DNA of 64,000 nt from a bacterium (GTDB lineage Bacteria; UBA8248): the NCBI GenBank assembly GCA_965199855.1, contig OZ241326.1:1920001-1984000 (forward strand), written 5' to 3'. The position numbers and the translations under genes were made by a program. The notes under the pieces are model-generated. The model did not search any database. It saw only the letters and a list, made by a program, of their open reading frames with translations, and was not told the origin of the DNA. Of the stretch, positions 57,751 through 64,000 are shown piece by piece; position 1 is the first letter of the stretch, and every line of letters starts with the position of its first letter.

Positions 57751-58509
57751 TCACCCCCCTTCCCCGCGCGGCTTTCTGGCGCGGATGCGGACGGAGACCA
57801 CGGGCGGGAACGGGGCGTGATCCGAAATCTCGACCTCGGCGAAGCCCGCCTCCGCCAGGAGGGATTCCCACTCTCCCTGCTCGCAGACGCCGCCCAGCGA
57901 GGCGTTCCACGCCTGGGGGTCGCAGGCGATCTCGATCGGCAGCGCCTCCTCCCGGACGAGCTCGCGGACGAGGAGGCGGCCGCCGGGCCGCAGGACGCGC
58001 CGCGCCTCCCCGAGCGCCTTTTTCTTGTTCGCGGCGAGGTTGAGCGAGGCGTTGGCGAGAACGAGGTCGGCGAAGCCGCTTCGGAGCGGCAGGCGCTCGA
58101 AGTCCCCGGCGAGCAGACGGGCGTCCGCCCCCCGGACGCCGGACAGCGCCTCTCGCGCCCGGCGAAGCATCTGCGGGGCGAAATCCACGGCGAGCAGCCT
58201 GGCGCCCTCCCCCAGACGCTCGCGCAGCAGACGCGCGTCGAGGCCCGCCCCGCAGCCCAGCTCGACGACGGCGCGCGCGCCCCGCAAATCCCCCCCGGCG
58301 AGCGGATACCCGCAGCCGCAGTAGGCCGAGGCGACGCGCGGCGGAAGCCCCTCGAGGAACCGGGCGGGATAGCCCGCCGCGCGCGCCCGCTCCGCTCCGC
58401 CCTCGGGGAAGGCGTCCGCCGCCGCCAGATGCGCGTAGCGGCTTCTGACGAAGGATTTGACCTGGACTTCCCAGGGCGCCGGCCTGCTTCCGTGGACGCG
58501 GACGGGCAC
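57751..58509 (-). CDS. Class I SAM-dependent methyltransferase, ArsM-like
   Basis: YCGCGYP, VVELGCGAGLD, RVLRPGGRL, LAEAGF; start uncertain. Confidence 0.82.
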   Translation of the reverse strand: MPVRVHGSRPAPWEVQVKSFVRSRYAHLAAADAFPEGGAERARAAGYPARFLEGLPPRVASAYCGCGYPLAGGDLRGARAVVELGCGAGLDARLLRERLGEGARLLAVDFAPQMLRRAREALSGVRGADARLLAGDFERLPLRSGFADLVLANASLNLAANKKKALGEARRVLRPGGRLLVRELVREEALPIEIACDPQAWNASLGGVCEQGEWESLLAEAGFAEVEISDHAPFPPVVSVRIRARKPRGEGG

Positions 58510-58516
58510 GGCGGAA

Positions 58517-59269
58517 TCAGTGGGGCATGTGCGCCGGGTTCCAGAATTCCCCGGTTCGCACCATTTTGGCGATGCGCTCGCCGTGGGGCATCCAGCCCTC
58601 CTCGTTCTTCCTCGCCTGCGCCTCCCGGTCGTATTCCACGCGCTTCGTCTCCACGCGCCACGCGCCGTCTCCCTCGTATTCCACGACGGAATAGACGGGC
58701 CGGTAGTCGCCGTCCCAGTTCATGCCGACGGCGGCCGCGCAGACGAGGGTCTGGCCGTCCACCTCCCGCACGTAGGGGCCGTGGACGTGGCCGAACGCCA
58801 TGATCTCCGCGTCCGTTCCCCTGATCTTCTCCTTCACCTCCGCGTCCGCGCAGCGGAGGGGGATGGCGTCCTCGATGTCGTCCGGCGTGGCGTGGAAGAT
58901 GAAGAAGTCGTGACCCTTCTCGGGCGTGATCGTCATCGACCACATGAGGCCGTCGAGATATTCGATCTGCTCGGCGGAGAGGCGCTCGCGCGTCATCTTC
59001 ACCATCTCGTAGAGCCACACGTGGTGCTCGTTCTTGGGCGGATCCTTCTCGTCCTTGCGCTTCGAGACCCACCAGTCGAGATTTCCGGCGAGCACGTCCA
59101 CGTCCCTGCGCCCCATGAAGCGATCCACCACCTCGGCGGGCTCGGGGCCGAGCATCACCAGGTCGCCGATGACGACCTCCCTGTCCGCGTTCTCCTTCGC
59201 GACGGCCTCCTGCACGGCGTCCAGGGGCGCGAGCTGGGCGTGAATGTCCGAATACAAAACGATTTTCAA
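58517..59269 (-). CDS. Metallophosphoesterase family protein
   Basis: SDIH, GDLV, GNLD, FHA, FGHVH calcineurin-like motifs. Confidence 0.9.
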   Translation of the reverse strand: MKIVLYSDIHAQLAPLDAVQEAVAKENADREVVIGDLVMLGPEPAEVVDRFMGRRDVDVLAGNLDWWVSKRKDEKDPPKNEHHVWLYEMVKMTRERLSAEQIEYLDGLMWSMTITPEKGHDFFIFHATPDDIEDAIPLRCADAEVKEKIRGTDAEIMAFGHVHGPYVREVDGQTLVCAAAVGMNWDGDYRPVYSVVEYEGDGAWRVETKRVEYDREAQARKNEEGWMPHGERIAKMVRTGEFWNPAHMPH

Positions 59270-59325
59270 GGCTGCGCTCCTCCTCCGGCGCGCGGCGGGA
59301 GGGCGGCGCCCCCCTCCGGCGGCCG

Positions 59326-59357
59326 AAGCGAAAAGGGGGCCTCTTTCGAGGCCCCCC
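59326..59357 (-). terminator. Rho-independent terminator after the ABC substrate-binding gene
   Basis: Minus strand GGGGGCCTC-GAAA-GAGGCCCCC-TTTT. Confidence 0.75.
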
Positions 59358-59414
59358 GGTTCGCGCTTTCGTCAGGGCCCCGCCCCTTCACCGGGCGGAC
59401 GGGGCGCCCGCGCG

Positions 59415-60425
59415 CTAGATTTCGCCGGCCTTGGCCAGGGCGGCCTTCGTCACGCCGGTGTCCACGATGTCCTCATACGAGGGAACGGCGCCCTTGATCT
59501 TCCCCAGACGCTTCATGTAGTCCGCGGTGAAGGAGACCGAGCTCTTGGGGATGCCGCTGTTGACCCCCCATATCTTCTCCGCCACGAAGACGTCGTAGGT
59601 TTTCGACATGATCTCCGGGTTCTTCTTATAGACGGGCCGCACCCACTTGTTCGCCGACTTGAGGTAGCCCGCCTTGTCCTTGTAGATGGAGCGGGTGGAC
59701 TGCATCATCGCCATGGCGAAGCGCACGTAGGCGTCCTTGTTCGCGCTGATCTTCGACGAGGGCGCGATGAACGCACCGTAGAAGAAGTTGGGCATGGCCT
59801 TCCACAGGTCCATCAGCTTGTTGAAGGCGGGCTTGCGCTTCTTCACGACGAGCACCTGCTCCACGTGAATGACCACGGCGTCCGCCTTGCCCTTCAGAAG
59901 GAAGGGAACGCGCGCCGGCGGCGGGGTCTTGATGTATTTCACGTCCTTGTCGGAGAGGCCCGCCGTCGCCAGCACGGCGAGGGCGCCCAGGTGGCTGTAT
60001 CCCCCGCGCCCCTCGATGCCGATGGTGCGGCCCTTGAGGTCGGAGGGGCGCTTCACCTGGTCGTTCGCGGCCATCTGCGCCTCGTTCAGAAAGGCCATGG
60101 AGTGGAAGAACTTCATGCCGCTGCCCTTGGTGATGCCCACCATGGCGATCGGCGCGGGCACCCAGGCGGCGTCCAGCCCGCTCTTCTTGCTCGTCATCGC
60201 GCGGTGGGTGGCGACGCCCCCGCGAAAGAACTTCACCTCGACGTCCAGGCCGTGCTTCTCGAAAATCTTGTTGTCGAGCGCGTAGAACACCGGCAGGTGC
60301 ACCATCACCGGCGGACGCACGGGCATTCCGAGCGTGATCTTGTCGGCGGCGGCCGCCGGCGCGGGCGCCATCGCCGCGGCGGCGAGGAAAACCCCCGCGA
60401 TGAATCCCGTCCAAATCCGCTTCAT
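59415..60425 (-). CDS. ABC substrate-binding protein (SsuA/TauA/NMT1 family)
   Basis: Signal peptide, FEKHGLDVE, DLKGRTIG, GKADAV; SD GAGGAGG. Confidence 0.88.
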   Translation of the reverse strand: MKRIWTGFIAGVFLAAAAMAPAPAAAADKITLGMPVRPPVMVHLPVFYALDNKIFEKHGLDVEVKFFRGGVATHRAMTSKKSGLDAAWVPAPIAMVGITKGSGMKFFHSMAFLNEAQMAANDQVKRPSDLKGRTIGIEGRGGYSHLGALAVLATAGLSDKDVKYIKTPPPARVPFLLKGKADAVVIHVEQVLVVKKRKPAFNKLMDLWKAMPNFFYGAFIAPSSKISANKDAYVRFAMAMMQSTRSIYKDKAGYLKSANKWVRPVYKKNPEIMSKTYDVFVAEKIWGVNSGIPKSSVSFTADYMKRLGKIKGAVPSYEDIVDTGVTKAALAKAGEI

Positions 60426-60489
60426 TTCACTCCTCCTCGTCAGAATGGAAAATCCCGTTCCGCATGAAAGCATGAAAAGACGCTTCCCG

Positions 60490-61314
60490 TCATTCCGAGC
60501 CCTGCCTCACCCTCCAGGATGAAAATCTGGTTTCGCAGACGGCGACCACCTTCGTCAAGGCGATCCCGACGATCATCAGCAGAACGACGGGCGCCAGCCC
60601 CTTGTCCAGCTCGAGATCCGCGATGTAGTCCTGGCTGAGCGCGCCCAGCCCGGAGATGCTCATCAGAAACTCCGCGACGACCATGCCGACCAGGGCGCGC
60701 CCGCAGGCGAGCCCCAGCCCCGCGACGAGATAGGGGATGACGCTCGGGAAGATCAGGTCCCGCCAGCGCTGGCTCTCCGTCGAGCAGAACGAGCGCGTCA
60801 CCTCGAGGAGCGAGGCGTCCACGTTCCGCACCCCGTGATAGACGTTCACGATGACGGGCATGACGGCGAAGAAGACGACGATGGTCGTCTTTCCGACGAA
60901 ATCCACGCCCAGCACCATGGCGATGGGAAACGCCAGCGCCACCACGGGCGTGGCGTAAAGCGCGAACACGTAGGTGTCCACGGCGTATTCGAACGTCCGG
61001 AAGCGCCCCATCAGAATTCCCAGGACGATGCCGAGCGGAATGGCGATGAGCAGCCCCGCCACGAGGATTTGCGAGCTCTCGTAGGCGGCGGCGAGCATTT
61101 TGCCGTTCGCGAGCAGCTGCCAGAAGGCGACCGTGATGGCGCTGGGGTAGCTGAAGGTGACCGGGTCGATGTTTCCGGTCTGTCCCATCAGCTCCCAGCC
61201 GCCGATGACGACCAGCAGGGAGATGAGGCGCACGTACACGGCGGGGCGCCTCAGGCGCATTGAGAGCGCCTTCGCGTCCGTTGCCGCGGGCGCCGCCGGG
61301 GCGTCGGTGGTCAA
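60490..61314 (-). CDS. ABC permease (SsuC/TauC family)
   Basis: GIVLGILMG, TPVVAL, EVTRSF (EAA-like loop), GMVVAEF. Confidence 0.9.
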   Translation of the reverse strand: MTTDAPAAPAATDAKALSMRLRRPAVYVRLISLLVVIGGWELMGQTGNIDPVTFSYPSAITVAFWQLLANGKMLAAAYESSQILVAGLLIAIPLGIVLGILMGRFRTFEYAVDTYVFALYATPVVALAFPIAMVLGVDFVGKTTIVVFFAVMPVIVNVYHGVRNVDASLLEVTRSFCSTESQRWRDLIFPSVIPYLVAGLGLACGRALVGMVVAEFLMSISGLGALSQDYIADLELDKGLAPVVLLMIVGIALTKVVAVCETRFSSWRVRQGSE

Positions 61315-62138
61315 GGTCGGCTCCCTCCTACTCCTGCGGTCAGCTCGGGGACGGGATCGGGCTCCTTCTCCGGGTTGCGCATGGCCTCCCAGAGGTAATG
61401 GCGCAGCGCCTGAAAGCGGCCTCCCCCCCGGATGCGCTCCAGGTCCCTGCCCCGGCCGAAGCCCGTCTCGAACTGGAAGCGTATCCTGCCCGGCCGGGGC
61501 GTCATCACCAGGACGCGATCCCCCAGCAGGAGCGCCTCGTCGATGCTGTGGGTGATGAAGATCATCGCCTTCGGCTCCGCCTCGTTGATGCGCAGCAGCT
61601 CCTCCTGGAGCGTTTCGCGCGTGAGGGCGTCCAGGGCGCCGAAGGGCTCGTCCATCAGCAGAACGTCGGGCTGGGCGGCGAGCGCCCGCGCCAGGCCCGC
61701 CCGCTGCTGCATCCCGCCCGAGAGCTGCGCCGGGTAGTTTCCCTCGAATCCGCCCAGACCCACCAGCTTCGTGTAGTGGCCGACGAGCCGGTCGATTTCG
61801 CCCTTCTCCCTCCGCTGGATTCTGAGGGCGTAGCCGATGTTCTGATCCAGCCGCTTCCAGGGGAAAAGCCCGAAATTCTGAAAGACCATGGCCATCTCGG
61901 GCCGGGGGCCCCTCACGGCCTCGCCCTTGAAGGAGACCTCCCCCCTATCGCAGAGAATCAGCCCATTCACGATGCGAAGGAGCGTCGTCTTGCCGCACCC
62001 GCTGGGGCCCAGCACCGTCAGGATCTCCCGCGTCCTCACGTCGATGTCGATGCCGTCCAGCACCTGGAGGGCGCCGAACCATTTCCCGACTCCATCGAGC
62101 CGCAAGGTCGGATTCGCGTCGCTGTCGGGCGCAGGCAT
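61311..62138 (-). CDS. ABC ATP-binding protein (SsuB/TauB family)
   Basis: GPSGCGKTT, LFPW, LSGGMQQR, MDEPFGALDALTRE. Confidence 0.93.
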   Translation of the reverse strand: MPAPDSDANPTLRLDGVGKWFGALQVLDGIDIDVRTREILTVLGPSGCGKTTLLRIVNGLILCDRGEVSFKGEAVRGPRPEMAMVFQNFGLFPWKRLDQNIGYALRIQRREKGEIDRLVGHYTKLVGLGGFEGNYPAQLSGGMQQRAGLARALAAQPDVLLMDEPFGALDALTRETLQEELLRINEAEPKAMIFITHSIDEALLLGDRVLVMTPRPGRIRFQFETGFGRGRDLERIRGGGRFQALRHYLWEAMRNPEKEPDPVPELTAGVGGSRP

Positions 62139-62306
62139 GGATGCTCGCGCTCCTGTCGGAAAAAGGCGCCTTCGCGCGCCGCGTTCGGGTGAATGCGCGG
62201 CGGGCTGCCCGCGCCCGGCCCTCGCCAAGCCCGCTTTCAAAAAGGATGCCGCAAAGCGTAGCGCACTTTCGGGGAGCGGGCAAACGCGGCGGCCCGCCGC
62301 TCTTCG

Positions 62307-62699
62307 CTATTCCTCGCCGACGACGGCTATCGCCTGTATCTCGACCATCATTTCCGGCCTGGCGAAGCCCGCCGCCGTAATGAGCGCGCTGGCGGGGAAG
62401 TTTTCGGGAAAAAACTCCCTTCGCAGCTCGACGAACCTGTCCCCGCGCCGGACGTCCAGAATGAACGCCGTCATCGTCACGACGTCCTGAAGCCTCCCGC
62501 CCGCCCTCTCGAGGGTCCGCCCGATCTGGCGAAACGAGGCGCGCACCTGGGCGTCGAAATCGCCCGTCAGCGCGCGCCCCTCCTCGTCGCGCCACGCCCC
62601 GACGCCGGCGAGCCATATCTGCGCGCCTCCCCGCGTCTTGACGGCGGGCGAGAACGAGCGCGCCTTCTGCCACGTTCCCTCGAAGTATTCACGTGTCAT
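62307..62699 (-). CDS. RidA/YjgF-family protein
   Basis: FSPAV, LERAGGRLQDVV, FPASAL, VEIQAIAV. Confidence 0.88.
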   Translation of the reverse strand: MTREYFEGTWQKARSFSPAVKTRGGAQIWLAGVGAWRDEEGRALTGDFDAQVRASFRQIGRTLERAGGRLQDVVTMTAFILDVRRGDRFVELRREFFPENFPASALITAAGFARPEMMVEIQAIAVVGEE

Positions 62700-63924
62700 T
62701 TCGCGTCTCTCCCCGATCGTTCGCGCCCGGCGCCCCTCCCCGCAGGCGCGCCGACGCCGAAACGGCCAGCCAGCCCATGGCGGCGAAGAAGAAGTAGCTC
62801 GCGTCCAGCCCCATCCGCTCGGCGATCCATCCGCCGGCCAGGGGCGCGAGAAAACTCAGCCCGTGGCAGGCGTAGATGAAGCCGACGGAGGAGGCCAGAA
62901 TGTCCTCGTCCGAAAAATCCGCCGCCGCCGTGAGAATGATCGGACTCACGAAGCCCGTGACGCCGCTCAGCGCCGCGAGTAGCATGAGGCCCGCCGGCCG
63001 CCCGGCGAACGGCATGGCGAAAACGAAGAGCCCCAGCAGCGCGAGGGGCCAGAAAAGCGCCGCGTGGGCGCCCCGGCGATCATACAGGATTCCCATCAGG
63101 GGCTTGGAGATCGCGCCGAAGCCGAAGTGGAGCGACACCGCCAGCCCGATTTGCGCGGTGTCCATGCCCAGCTTCGCCGTCGCCAGCAGGGGGAGAAACC
63201 CTATCATCCCCTTGGTGCACATGCTCCGGAGGGCGTAGGTCGCCGCCAGCCATACCGTGTTCCCGTTCGCCGTCACCCGCCGGATGATGGTCGGGATTCC
63301 GGGCTTCGCGCCCCTCTCTCCCCCGCCTCCGGGCGCGCGCCTCTCCTCGCGGAAGCGGACGCCCACCAGGGGCAGGAGAAGCACGGCGGGGGCGGCGCAG
63401 GCGCCGATCGCCGCGCGCCAGCCGGCCGCGGCCGCCACGGCCGCCTGGGCGAGCGGGATGACGCTGGTCCCCACGTTGCCGCCCAGGCTGTGCCACGAGA
63501 TGGCGAAGGCGCGATCCCGCTCGAAGCGGCTGGCCGTCAGCGCCGTTCCGCACGGATGATAGACGGCGTTGCCCGCGCCCGCGAGAAACGCCAGAGAGAC
63601 CAGCGTCCAGAAGCCGCCCGCCCAGATCATGGCGAGAAAAGAGGCGGCGGAGAGGCTCATGCCCGCAAGCAGGATGCGCTTTCTCGCGCCCGCGCCGTCC
63701 GCGAGAATGGAGAGAGGATACTGAAAAATCATCGTCCCCAAGCTGAAGGCGCTCAGCAGGACGCCCGCCTGGAAGGGGGAGAGGCCCACGTCCGCGATGA
63801 TGAGCGCGAGCGCAGGCACCAGCATGTTGCTGAAGCCGTCGCTCAGCCCGTGCGTCGCGCCGATGAGGCCCAAATCGAAGTAGTCGCCGGGGCGCCAGGC
63901 CGTCTTTCGCCCGCGCCGGGTCAT
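62689..63924 (-). CDS. MFS transporter
   Basis: About 12 hydrophobic segments, GNAVYHP, RAFAISWHSLGGNVG. Confidence 0.88.
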   Translation of the reverse strand: MTRRGRKTAWRPGDYFDLGLIGATHGLSDGFSNMLVPALALIIADVGLSPFQAGVLLSAFSLGTMIFQYPLSILADGAGARKRILLAGMSLSAASFLAMIWAGGFWTLVSLAFLAGAGNAVYHPCGTALTASRFERDRAFAISWHSLGGNVGTSVIPLAQAAVAAAAGWRAAIGACAAPAVLLLPLVGVRFREERRAPGGGGERGAKPGIPTIIRRVTANGNTVWLAATYALRSMCTKGMIGFLPLLATAKLGMDTAQIGLAVSLHFGFGAISKPLMGILYDRRGAHAALFWPLALLGLFVFAMPFAGRPAGLMLLAALSGVTGFVSPIILTAAADFSDEDILASSVGFIYACHGLSFLAPLAGGWIAERMGLDASYFFFAAMGWLAVSASARLRGGAPGANDRGETRNDT

Positions 63925-64000
63925 CGGGATTCCGGCAGGTCCCGCCAGGCGGGAATCCCCCCTCCTCCCTCGGCCTCCATCACGGCGCGGCAGATCGCGC

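Noticed and set aside
56015-57910. Many short ORFs across the hairpin arrays (also 47173-48005 and 11773-12579)
   Set aside because: Translations are Arg/Pro/Gly-rich repeats of the palindromes with no SD or coding-like composition

Overview
GC-rich bacterial chromosomal window with about 50 CDS and one tRNA-Gly(GCC). It is mostly housekeeping and catabolic: secA, glnE, pckA, lgt, moeA/mobA, a Gld-like ABC system, a DtxR-family regulator with an Fe(III) ABC transporter, a SsuA/TauA-type ABC transporter and many small-molecule hydrolases and oxidoreductases. No integrase, transposase, cas or phage genes were seen. All product calls come from motif recognition by eye, with no database search. 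Main observations: (1) a plastic region at about 47.3-57.7 kb around tRNA-Gly holds over 50 GTAG- and CGTC-tagged REP-like hairpins of several co-varying stem types in shuffled mosaics (about 28 in 56.1-57.7 kb). (2) Within it, a triplicated promoter-gene-hairpin cassette encodes DUF1640/CCDC90-like membrane-anchored coiled-coil proteins with near-identical head and anchor but stalks differing by whole 11- and 7-residue modules. (3) A 1209-aa autotransporter is bracketed by 111-bp direct repeats and carries G11 and (AG)7 slippage tracts. (4) A secreted DUF3179-type protein has an in-frame TGA in a UxxC motif and a SECIS-like hairpin, so it is a probable selenoprotein split by the ORF track. 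(5) An unexplained ~240-bp intergenic element occurs twice, in inverted orientation, at about 1.4 and 12.0 kb.
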